Positions 41,113 through 55,195 of a stretch of DNA of 64,000 nucleotides are shown piece by piece (within the stretch, counting starts at the first letter, position 1; the number at the start of each line of letters is the position of its first letter). The notes under the pieces were generated by a model. The model made no database searches, was not told where the DNA came from, and worked only from the letters and a program-made list of their open reading frames with translations. The position numbers and the translations under genes are program-made. Source of the stretch: the human T2T-CHM13v2.0 reference genome, Homo sapiens; NCBI RefSeq assembly GCF_009914755.1, contig NC_060926.1; one strand, 5' to 3'.

Positions 41113-41494
<382 letters not shown>

Positions 41495-42301
41495 TAGCCT
41501 GAGGCCCCAAAACGAGTGTGATTATCTCGTTCTTCATAAGCCAGACAGATGTTGACTGCCAGCAACATGAAGTATACCAGGCCTTATGGAGGGGAAGGAG
41601 ATTTGAGAATACTAGGTCAAGGTCAGCTCCCAAAACACCTTCTCTAATCGCTCAATAGTTAACTGATGTCTTGAATTATCTTGGAGCTTAAAGGGAGGGG
41701 CTATCCTCTTTCTCCTCTAATCATGTCATGTTTATCTTTAAACTGAACAGACTTCCACCGAAAATATGATCTACAAGTAAGGTAAGTTAACAGGGCAGTT
41801 TCTTTGCATATCAGCTTTATTTAGAATTTACATTATGTTTTCATTTTTCTATCAAACAGTTGACCTAGGCTCTGAATTTTAAAAAGCAGAACATGTGGCC
41901 CAACAGGAGCCCTTGCCCAGGATCATTAGTCATTTATGTAAATAAATGACTTTCTAGGGAAGGAGCAGATGCAAACTCATGCTGAGCCTTGGGGACGCTG
42001 GGCCGTGGCTGAGGGTGCAGCCCCGTGGCCTGTATCTTGGGGATATGTAGTGGGGTGCCCTTTAGGGCCGACACAGCTAGCCCGTGCCTTACCACTGGAC
42101 AGCAGCCCAACTTCGGGCATGGCACCAGGCCTCACTCAACCTCAGTTTCCCTAGCATGATCATATGTACTTCACAGGGTTGCCATCCAAATGGGACGAGA
42201 TGTTATTAGTAAAGGGCCAGCATGTTGCAATCCCTATCCATGTGACAGTGGATGGTGGTAAAGCTTCTGCTGCCCAGAAACTTCCTTCCCTCAAAGTATG
42301 A

Positions 42302-42811
<510 letters not shown>

Positions 42812-45800
42812 TAATTAAGAAATCTTTGCCTTGGCCAAAATCATGAAGTTGCCCTCCTATATTTTCTTCTAAAATTTAAATTGTTTTATCTTTCTCATTT
42901 AAGTTTGCTCCGTATCTGGAATTAGTTTTTAGCAATGTAATTTTAAGTATTAATTTGCCATTCAAATATAATTTAAATATTAATTTGGTAGTATTTGTCA
43001 TAATTTTTGTCTTTTTTGTTTTCAAATAAGAAACCAGGAATTTAGAAAGTGCCAATTTTCTGGGTGGAAAAGATTACATGCACTAAAATTATAATATTGT
43101 GCCATATTAGAATAGTCAAAATGTCAGAAAGGAATTTTTCTATTTCATGAGACTCAAGAAAAGTCAATTTGCCATAAGTATTAATTACATACATAGAAAG
43201 AGAATGCTTGTATGAGATGAATGAATCATAGTGACTACTTATAACATTGAGGCTGCTTTAAAGGATTTATTCACCCATTCAACAACATTGTATTGATATT
43301 TATATTATAAATATATATTCATAATAAATATACATTTATTGAAAATATCTATGTCTCATATAGGACAGTCATACTTGTTATATTCATTATATTTATTTGT
43401 ACATGTTTACATATTCATTAAAATATATTACATCCAAAACATTGATATCGATGTGTCTATGAAGATATGTAATTTGCTTGGGGGAAACTAGGGAGATTCC
43501 AAAAATCACTCAGCATTACACAGTGACATTTGAGGACAAATTTGATGATGCCGTTGGTATGCAATGTCAACTTCATTCCTTGCCTCTGTGCTTTGTCATT
43601 ATTTCAAAGCACTGTCTTCTAGGTCACAGTGTGACTCCATGCGCACCAGAAAAGATGTCTGGTCTTAGTCTAGCATGAAAGACGTGGCATATGTGGTGCA
43701 GCTGTCACCAACATCCTGAGTCAGAACCAGAACATCAGAGACTGAGTTAAGACACACGCAGCAAAGCACAATTTCTCCCACTGGGAATTGATGTCAGATA
43801 CTGGATTTCAGATGACCAAGCTACTAAGCAGGAAAGCAGTTTATTTATCCTTCTTTTGAATATGAAGATGAATGAAATCATGAAGTGACATGGGAGCCTT
43901 ACGTCAAAAGCAAAACTATTTGCTGTCCTATTTACAGGGCCGCAAATCACTTTTTATTCCAAGCAATAAATGCTATCATCATCCGTGATCCTGGTGTGTT
44001 TACGGTGAAGCAAAAATCATGCTGCCTGAAGGAAAGTGTTCGGCGGGGGGAATCAGGGTTTCCATGTTATAAAGAATGGGGCAGGGCTAGGAGGAACCTG
44101 AGTACAGTTTCCAGCTGAATTTGAACTGCCAGCAGTTATTGAGACAGATAGAGCTGTCCAGTTACTCTGAAAACATTTAAAGTCTGTCTTTATTATCATC
44201 CAAATAAAAGTCTAAATTTCACATCCACGTGGTCTGTGAGCATCTGAGAGCACCCATATTTTCCTCAAACTCACTTTAACCAAAGCTCCTGGGGAAGACG
44301 CATGACCCAGAATACTGGCCCACACATTGTCTTGAACATGGTGATTGGAACTGGAAAACCTTCTTCAAAGCCAGGATTACTAGCCAACTGTAGCAAGCGC
44401 ACAGGAATGTCACCATGGGGCATGCAGACGGTGTCGCCCAGGAAAGAATCGTGCCCACGTAGGGGCTACAAGATGCTATTTGGCTCCACTGTTCATGCCA
44501 ACATTGAAAACACCTATGAAAAACCCAGGTTTTGCATAACTGTAATGCATTCTAAGCCTCTCTGCCTGATAATCATTTACCTGTATGGCTTGCTTCTTTT
44601 AACTCTAAGTTAGGAATCATAAAACTGAGACCTTGGCTCAAGGGAGGAGGCCCACATTCTTGTGCACAGCTATCTTCCACTGACCGCTTCAATCGCCCAT
44701 CATATGTTGAAAAAGAAGAGTTTGTTTATGCCCTCTTTTATGTAGTGTTTCAGGTTCTCAGCATCCGAAGTTCATTATTTGTTGATTTGTAGCAGGTGTG
44801 GTCTAATCCACAGCCAGCCGAGCCAGTAGGGTCAACCCCTAAAAGGACAGAGAAGCTCTGGGAGCAGCCTCCCCTTGTTCTTAACTGGTATCTTGATTAA
44901 ACTAAACAGAAAATGGAATGAAAGCTGTTAAATCCACCTGCTCTTTACGCTCGTGTCAGTGGGAAGACCTCATTCGGCTTGCAAAACGTTCATGTCCTCC
45001 AGGACCCTGCTGGCCATCAAAGACAAATATTAGCATTCCTTTCTCTTCTGTGATGGGGCCCTTCAAAGCAAAAAAAAAGTCCTAATTAAAATTCTAGAAA
45101 TATTACCACTTGAAAAACTGCATTAGCATTAGTGAATTTCTCATGCAAGTTCCTTTCTGGCTAGCTTGGCCAAAAAAAAAAAAAAAAAAAAAAAAGCTGT
45201 TAATTTTCAATGCAATTCCATGAACTGTGGTTCCTTGTTCAAAATGTATAGCAAAGAAAATGGAAACTGCCATAATGACTTATATTGTGGCCAAAACTCT
45301 TCCAACTCTGGTAGAAAATCACATTTCATTTCTTTGGCGGGTGAGAGAGGCAACACAATACATTGGAAATGAGAGAATGGAAGAGTCGGATGCCATGTTT
45401 CCTTCTAACTAGGATTCCAGTTTTCACCCACATCACTTCAGCAATGCAAAGTGGCATAAAAGCAGGTCACCGCACAGTGCCTGAGCAGTGAATGCAAATA
45501 CAGTACTTGGTTCCTGACCACAGCATGTGAAAGCACATAAAAGAGAGAGGGTCGCATTTCATGTCGATTTTGCTTCTCCATGACCAGGCTACATGGAGGC
45601 TGAGCAGCCGCTGGCTGCCTTGTTCATCTCTTTGGCCCTTGTCTAAATCACAACCTATTTCAGCATGGAAAACGAAGGAAGAAACATCAGCAGACCATTT
45701 TCCAAATGTCGATCGTCTGCTTTAATTGTGGTTGTGCTGATTTTGTTGCTCTTGGCAAAATCTTGTTCTCCCTTCAGTGCAGCCGAAAATACTAGGTTGT

Positions 45801-46918
45801 ATCAATTGCCATTGAAAACAACCCATTTACACGTCAGACAAAGGAAATAAAAATCGCTGACACTCTGTTTTGCAACGACAAATTAATTTGCCCCAGAATG
45901 GCATGTTTGCCACCAATCTCATTAAAAGTACTATGAGATTATCAGGAAAAATTAATACAAGCTGTTGGTTATCAGCGACATCATTTCAGCTCACAAAGGC
46001 AAGTCCTAGTTGTCAGTTTGCTGCTGGGGGCAAGGACAGGCATTTACAAAGAAAGTCATATTCAATTAGAAACCATAGCTGGAGCTGGCATTTGCGGTTC
46101 CTCTGCACCGGATCAGCTTGAAGAACAATTGCACTGCTTCTTTTTGGCTTGAACTTGAAAGCAAGGGCATTTATGGCAGCAAGGGGAAACAAGTCCTTTC
46201 TCAAATGTGCTTATGAGAGAACAGAGAAGTCTGCTTGGAAATGTGGAAACTGAGGCTCTATGGCACTGAGCATGCTCAGGAGACACAGGATTGGATAACT
46301 ATTAAAAAGTGTCTTGGAACTATTCATCTACAAAACATGGGGCTGGATGAATCTGCTGATGACACCTCCCTCCTGTCTGTGTGCTTAGGTCCCTTCAGAA
46401 CCTCTCCCCAGGTGTCAGTCCCATGATCTCTGCGCATGGCTCTCAGGCATTGCAGGCTCCTATTTAATGTCTGGGACACTCATTGACAACGACCACACTG
46501 ATAGCCTTTGTGTGTCTTCTGGAGCATTCATTTATCAAACCTCTATTGAGCAATAGTTCTGAGCCCAACACCATTAGAGTGTACAGTAATGAGCAAGAAC
46601 ATCAAAGAAAGAGAAATTCTCTTCAAAAGCATTTTATTGCTAAACAAATTTCATTTGGTCTCCAACTTTCACAGATTACTAATCTAGGCTGTGGGTTGTT
46701 TCTGAGTTATATTCATCTAGCAACGTTCAGGAATCACCTGTTTTCCAGTGATTCTGCATAAGCAGCTATTGTATGTGCGCCTCTGCTCCTCCTTAGACCA
46801 GTACAGACAGTTTGTAAAAGTACAAATTTGGTCCCTGCTATAGGTGCCAGCACATTAAAGGACCAAGGTCCTTCCAGGGTATTTATTAATAAAATTATAT
46901 ATATATAAAATAAATAAA

Positions 46919-47021
46919 TGCGGTTTCACCATGTTGGTCTCCAACTCCTGACTTCAAGTGATCCACCCACCTCGGCTTCCCAGAGTGCTGGGATTACAGG
47001 CGTGAGCCGCCACGCCCAGCC
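46919..47021 (-). mobile_element. Alu left-arm fragment
   Basis: ggtttcaccatgttggtctccaactcctgac...gtgagccgccacgcccagcc; right arm absent, AT-rich flanks. Confidence 0.85.
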
Positions 47022-50000
47022 TAAAGATATATATATATTTTTAAAGACATATACGGAAGTCCAGAGCAGTCTGTGTCCCTGCATCAGATTGAGCCTTGGT
47101 TAGCATTGGCTTGCCTCTCCTGCTGGACCTTCAGATCCTGGGCCGGGAGGGTGGGGGAACATGATGTGTCAGATCATGTCCCCATAGCACTTTGCACAAA
47201 ACTTCACTATGGTAAACATCCAAAAAAAGGAAGTGTTGACTGTGAATTTGCTTCTTTATCCTCTCTGGACTCTGAATCCCAAGATCCACGATTAAGGCTT
47301 AGGACTCTCCATCCTGCAGCATTCCCTGCTTTACACTGAGAGGCAATGGGAGGGACTGGGCCTGGGCAGAGGGATCCAGGAGCCAGTTGCGTAACTGGCC
47401 TGAGATGTGCGTCTGAAAAGACTTTTTGCAGGCAAATGTGGCTCCAGCCTCCTGCTGCCTCCAGCCAGTCCTCCCTTCCCAGTCTGGGAGCCTGGCCTGT
47501 TCATGCTACACTGTTTGGTTTTGGCTGTGGCCTCCACCCTGGTGCAACCTGTGCATCTAAGGAGGCTCAACTGGAGGAATCCAGGCCCCTTCCCAGGAAA
47601 ATGTGTTTGTTGGTGGCAGATAGCCAGGCTGACAGAGGTGTTCCCCCTCAGGTGAGGGGGCCTCATGGCCACAGCACTAATGGGGGGTAGGAAGGGGTTC
47701 ACGTCCGCTTCCTGAGCTGAGCTGCCTCTGTAGCACCTGTGCCTCCTCTAGGGCGGCATCCTACCTCCAGTTCATTCTTGATCCCACAGAATGCAGGGAC
47801 AGGGCACTAAGTGTTCAGCTCTGCTGGCCTCAGCCACTCGCTCTGAGCTCCCAGTGGTATGAGTCTGTCAGAGACACTGGTACCAAGAGGTCCAACATGT
47901 GACACTTCCAAGCAGTCAGTGTGGAAGTTTCTCACAACAGTCCAAGAAGAAGCAAGAACAACTCTCTTGGGCTGGAAAGGATTAGAGTTGATCCAGGCGC
48001 ACAATCTTCAGATCCTGCCTTCAATCTTGGCCTCAGGAGACAGAGCCTCCCATCAAAGGACAGAGCCACCAAAACCAACTCCATTTACAGTATTCCAGTG
48101 GCTTCTGTGAGCCAGAAATTTCTAGAAGCTCTTGAAGGGCCTTTTGTGGCAGTGCACAAGGCTGAGTTGTCACAGCCCTACTTGCAGAGGTGGTGAACCC
48201 TGTGAAGAGCCTCCATCTCAAAGACACACACTTTGGAGAGCAGTAGACCTTGCAGGGGATGGGGGATTCACGCCCCCGTGAAACTGGGATGACGTAGAAT
48301 TATGGAAGAGTACCTGTCCCTGAGTGTCCTTGAAAGTCAAGCAATTAAAACAGATGCAATCCCTTTGGATGGAGATGCAGCACAGCATCATTGCTGTGGA
48401 AGTCCATGGTACAGGGGTGGCTGGCAGTCACAGCAGACTCTGCAAAATGGGACTCCATCCTGGTTGGCTTCTAAGGATCAAGGTAGACCATTCTTACAAT
48501 AATGACATAGAATAAGAGACATAGATACTTCCTCGGTTGAAAGAAACACACTGGCAGCTAGTACAGTGGAGAACATCTTCTCTTGTTCATCCTAGAGAAA
48601 GTGTCCCCGGGGTCAGGGGACAAGGCTGGGCCAGAGCTGCTCTCAGTTGAATATAAGTGAGTGGTGTTTGAATTACTGTAAGCTGGAACTCAAAAGCTCT
48701 CTGTGATTCATAAAGCAGCTCTTTTCATATGGGTTCCAAATTTCCTTTTCTGTTCATTCAACATCCTCTGACAAGCTCTCTGAACTTCATTCTGGCTTAA
48801 AAATCTAAGAAAGCCATGATAGTGAATACCCATGTCATGACTGTTTACCCTCAGTCCTCAGACTCGCCCTTCCCTGCTGAGGTGCCGCCCTGTGGAGAGG
48901 GATTAACCTCGAATGAGACGGTGGGACAGAGACCGATGCACTGTTGTGGTCACGGTTCCATAGGTGTGCTGTGTTTTTTCTCAGCATACCCATTTTAGGC
49001 TCGTGCGGTATCAAACTTTTCTGCCAGTAAGTAGAAAAGGCAATTTTTGTAAAAACTGAGAAACAAGTTGCAGGCGAGAGCAGATATTTCAGAAATGACT
49101 CAGAATCATGTTTTGCTAGAAGAATGCTAATGAAATACAGAGCGCATATTCATGAAACTGATAACACTCCCTCGGAAAGAAAATGACTCTTATTAGACAT
49201 CTGAACTTGAGCAAAACATTCATGTCATCGATTATAATATAATGGATGGCTCCTACTCTGGCAGCAAAATTTAGCTTTAATGTAACTACAGAAGCAAAGA
49301 TTATTCTTGGGGGAATAATGACAGAGTGTATCTTTCTGATCATCTGAAGCAGTTCATTCACCTCTGAAACTGACTGTAAACCTCAGGAAAGAAGCTTCTC
49401 AGAAATACATGACCCACTAAGCTAAGAGCCAACTCCCTAGTGAATCACCTTCCACACCCGTGACCTCAAGTCCAGGACCCGTGTAAAGCTAGTTTTTACC
49501 ATGTCTTCTATGACTGCTGGGGGATGGTACACTATCATCCTAGATCCAATTACAAACAGAAAAAAACAAAAAACAACTAAACCAGCTACTACTGAGCTTG
49601 AGCATGACTAGCACTGAACTACCTAATTTCTGACTGTTACAAATTAATCAAGTCACAGCACATTTGCGATTCATATCAGCTCCTAGGGCGTTTCTGTAGA
49701 CAGCTAACCCATTTGGGAAGCAGTCAGCTAATACTATCTGGATGTCAGATGCATCTCATGTTTTGGCAGCTCTTTATAGTCTTTCAAGGGGATTGTGTTG
49801 ACAGGCACTTGCCCTTCAACTTGCTGCTCTGTTTGGCAGCGGCTCTGTTTTCAGTCTTGCCTTCACTGCACTTGAGGATTTTCCACAGCCATGCATGGGG
49901 ATGTTCTCGTGTAAGAGGGTCAGACGGGCAAAAATCCGGGAAGAAGGTAGGTGCATTCACAAAGCCATGCCTGGAAACTCTAGATCAGAGGGTGGACTCA

Positions 50001-50189
50001 ACTCCTCCCAGAATCCAGAGGCTTGAAGTTGAGGTAGCTTAATCTCAGAGCGTACCTCTAGCTTCTCTAGGAGCAGTTTTTGGAAGGATCAGAGTCAGAC
50101 TGCAACGCGGGCTTCAAACAACAGGAAAAGTCATTTAAAACCAAGAGTAATGAGAAGGGTGTGAATATTGGGAGGGTTTTTTAACTTCG

Positions 50190-50485
50190 TGAATTGGGTG
50201 TGATTTTTATTAAAATCATTTCCTAAAATCATGATGATTACGATTATGTCTATTAAAAATAAGAGTTCATATATATTTAGAGATATATACTAAAATATTT
50301 ACAGATAAAATGATACAATGTTTAGGATACGCTTTAAAAAAATTAGAATGGGGCGAGATTGGGTTGTAGCTGAAACATAATTGGCCATAAGTTGATCATT
50401 GTTGAAGGCAAGTGACAGATGGGAGCTCATTATAATTTTCTCTATTTTGGTGTATGTTTAAGATGTTCTATGATAAAAAGTTAGA
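50190..50485 (+). mobile_element. L1MC/L1ME-like 3' end
   Basis: tttagagatatatactaaaatatttacagataaaatgata...ttggccataagttgatcattgttgaag...gggagctcattata. Confidence 0.7.
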
Positions 50486-51476
50486 AATGAAATATGAGAT
50501 ATATGAATGCCTTTCTCAGAGACAATTATCTAATTTGAAACTCAGTTTCCTTTAACTCAAGATTTGTTTGCATATATCTAAATCACATGGTTTTTATCTT
50601 GCAAAAAAGAAACCACAGCTTTAAACCCGGGCTTCTCTTCTCGATTCTGCTTTCTTCCAGGGATTCCAAGCGACAGGGCACATGGTACAATGCCTCCCAT
50701 TCAGTAGATGCACCCCAGAAACATTGTTATGTTGCCCTCACCATGAAAACCACTCTTCACTGAGCACTGGCCGTTTAATGGGCCTGACGTCATATTGCCA
50801 CGTGAAGCAGCCAGCCCTCTACTTTTGAAAACACCCTTTAAGGAAATGATTGCAAAGCTTGACTATAAAATATTTTCAGATATTTGAATGAGAAAACAAA
50901 AAGCCATGGTTCCCCACTGAGAGACACAGAAAGAACTCCTACAGCTCTGCCCCCTCCCCACACAGACCAGCCCTCCTTCCTTGAGGACAGGACTGACTAG
51001 GTCTGAACACAGCAGGTGCCCCACGCATGAGGTGAACTCCACTGAACTACAGCCAGTCACACAGACTGGAGGGTCTTTCTGTGGGATTCTCCCATTCCCA
51101 CTGAATCCTTCCCATAGGCAAAAGGTAGTTCCCTAAAACAAATGAGAACAGCTGGAAGGGATCTGTTTACTGAATCAAGAAAACACTTAAATCTATTAAC
51201 TGAATGAAGACAACTGAAAAACAAAACATTCCTGAAGGATTAAACTCTGCAGAAAGAAGCTGGCATTTGCCCAGGACAAGGACAGGCATCCTTTACAATG
51301 CTTATCTCAGTTAGAACAGCCTTGTAGGTAGACAGGGCAGAAGGATCTCTGCTGGGTCAGCCTAACAGGAGCAGGAAGGGTCACCTGGTGCAAAAACAGG
51401 GGAGGAAAGTTTCTGACCAGCTGATGTGAAAGCAAAGTTGGCCAGAGGTCACGTGAGGGAAGTCTGCTAGGATGCC

Positions 51477-52162
<686 letters not shown>

Positions 52163-52314
52163 ATGCCCACCTGCTGAATGCTTATTCACTGTGAACAACT
52201 GCTGTCTTCTGAAAAAGTTGTGAAATGCATTTTGTGAAAAGAATTCTATTTTGAATGCCCGAATGGAATTTAATTTAGAGGAAATCTGTTGTGAGTTACC
52301 TTCAAGAACTGCCA

Positions 52315-52455
52315 GGTTAGCTGTGTGACCTCAGGCAAGTTATCTAACTTCTCCATGCATCAACTTCCCCATAGAAAAAGCAGGGAGAATAGAATAGCAG
52401 TGCCTACTTCATCAGGCTGTTGTGGGAATTAAATGACTTGACACATCTGAAGGGC
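52315..52455 (+). mobile_element. MIR SINE
   Basis: tagctgtgtgacctcaggcaagttatctaacttctc...gttgtgggaattaaatga. Confidence 0.75.
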
Positions 52456-53347
52456 TGATGATGTGATGCTTGAGAGACGCGGGATACAACCCTTGCAGCC
52501 CTTGGCAGGCTGACGGTGCAGGCACTTTCCCTCAAGTATCTGGGCCCTTCCGTGCCCCAGTGCCACCTGCCTCCCCAGAGCAATTACCAATCACATCAAC
52601 AAGGGCTACCCAGGGTGGTCACTCCCCTGCTCAGCAGTTCTCCGCGTCTGTAGCTACCGTGCCTTCTCAGCACCCCGCACGATGTGTACCTCCTAGAAGT
52701 CACTCAATGAGCATTTGAAGTGAACAAACACCTGGCCGGATGCTAACCTGGAGGGTCAGATTTTACACACATGACTAATAAAGACCGTCCTGCCAAGTCT
52801 TTTTTAGTGAACTTACACAGCGCCACACACAGATAGGGTCCTCAATGAATAAATATTCCTGGGCGGATAAAATGGGACTTCATTCTATGTAACAAAAGTT
52901 ATGCCTTTAAGATCTTTCCGTTCAATTTCCAGACAGTTTTGTGAGCTGGGGGGTCTCCCTCCAGACTCTGGGGTGCCCCAGCAAGCCCAGGTTCTGCGCT
53001 TGCCTGACCCAGGCCACGCTGGCCCCGGGGTGTCCTGTGCCAAGCTGGGATAGAGCCTCTCTCCCCCAGCAAGTGGACGGCCCACGCTAGGGCTCGGGTG
53101 CTGAGGTCTGAAGCCTGGTGGAGTCTTGGCTGTTCTTCAGCTGGGTTTTGTGACTTACGCATTGGGGGGTGTCTGGTGAGAAGCTGTGGTGAGCGGAAAG
53201 ACGACATGAAAGTAGGTATCATTGAGAAGCAGCAGCAGAGTGCGTGAATTCTAAAACCATTGGTGGTGAGGTGGTTAAAAAACATTTTCCCTCCTGTAGC
53301 TATCATGACCACCAGACTTTTGTGGGGTAGGATAGAGAAAACCGTAA

Positions 53348-53809
<462 letters not shown>

Positions 53810-54954
53810 AAAGATGTTCTCTTTTAAGATTACTTTTTAAAAAGACTCACACGGTACCTTCCCGCAAGAAGACATGGAGACTATGTGACGTAGCCTGTGG
53901 GTCCCTGGACACCGGGACTAGAGGACCCTTCCCAAGAGCAGACCGCAGGCAAGATACCATTCATTGGCCTTGCTGCCTGTGCCCGCGGATTCCGCACATG
54001 GCCACACCTCTTCTCTACAAGGCAAGGTGGCCGTGAGTAGGAAAACATGCAGTCCTGACCTGGGCAGCTGGCATATGGGGGTTTCTGCCCCCAAGGCGCT
54101 TCTAGCACAAAACCTAGTGCTAGGTCTCAACCTCAGTAGCAAAGAGGGAGTCCCCAGAAGGTGCCATGAGGGTGGGCCCTGAAAAACAGCTGAGTAGGGT
54201 CGCCAGATTTTGGGGGTGGAGTGACAGGAAGACTGGTAAATTTGAACTTCTCTGCTTGGAACATAAGAAATACTCTCCATGACACAGGTGTCTGCACAAA
54301 ATCAGGCATCTCTTGTCCCTGGAAAGTTATATCCCCAAGATAGAGCTGGCTGGCTCCCAGAACTAGGGTGAGCAAAGCCCCCACAGCAAGGAGCTCTGTT
54401 CTGATTTTGGCTTCCTGGGTGGCCCTGGAGATCCTGCAGCCCGGTGGTTATGGAGTGGCCTGGTGCTCCTCCTCATCAGAGATCCAGGCTAGCCTCCAGG
54501 GAGATAAATGAGAAGCACAAGCATTTTCCCCATTATGACCTAACTTAAAGGATTTGAAATGCGGTGAAAACAGAAGCCACAACAGAAATCCCAGAAGCAT
54601 AAAAGACGAAGCGTCCAGTCTCTCCTGACCCACTATGGCCTGCCCAAGTCCTGTGGCTCATCAGCTGCACACTGTCACCCAGGCCACCGGTGTATGCCCG
54701 TCTCCCTGAGCCTGAGCTGGCCAGAGGGAAGCCGGGCTCAAAAGACCTGAAGGAAAAACTGGAAACAGACAAAGGACTTCAAGGACCCACTGGAAACAGC
54801 CCGCACTTCCTGTAGAACTAGAGAATTTCTCTCCTTCTTTAATCTTAGTGGACTCCAGAGAAAGTGGATAGAAATAGGCATGATATAAAATATCACATCA
54901 AATCCACTCACCTCTTGCATTCCTCTGTGAAGGTGGTTGCCAAGAAGGGGAAGT

Positions 54955-55195
54955 TAGAAACCAGGCCTGGAGCCACACTGCTGGCCAGGAATCCCAGCTA
55001 AGTCCCTTATTAGCTATGCAACTTGAGCAAGGAGTTCTCCAGCTTGTGACCTCCATTTTCTTATCTGTAAAATGGGAATGAAAATAACATGACCGTGGGC
55101 CACACAGGGACGTCATAAGAAGAAATGAGTGAATACATATGTAGCCCTTAGAACAGCAATAGACATGCAATAAGCAATCAAAACGTTAGCTATTC
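54955..55195 (+). mobile_element. MIR SINE
   Basis: ttcttatctgtaaaatgggaatgaaaataa...tagaacag...gttagctatt. Confidence 0.75.
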
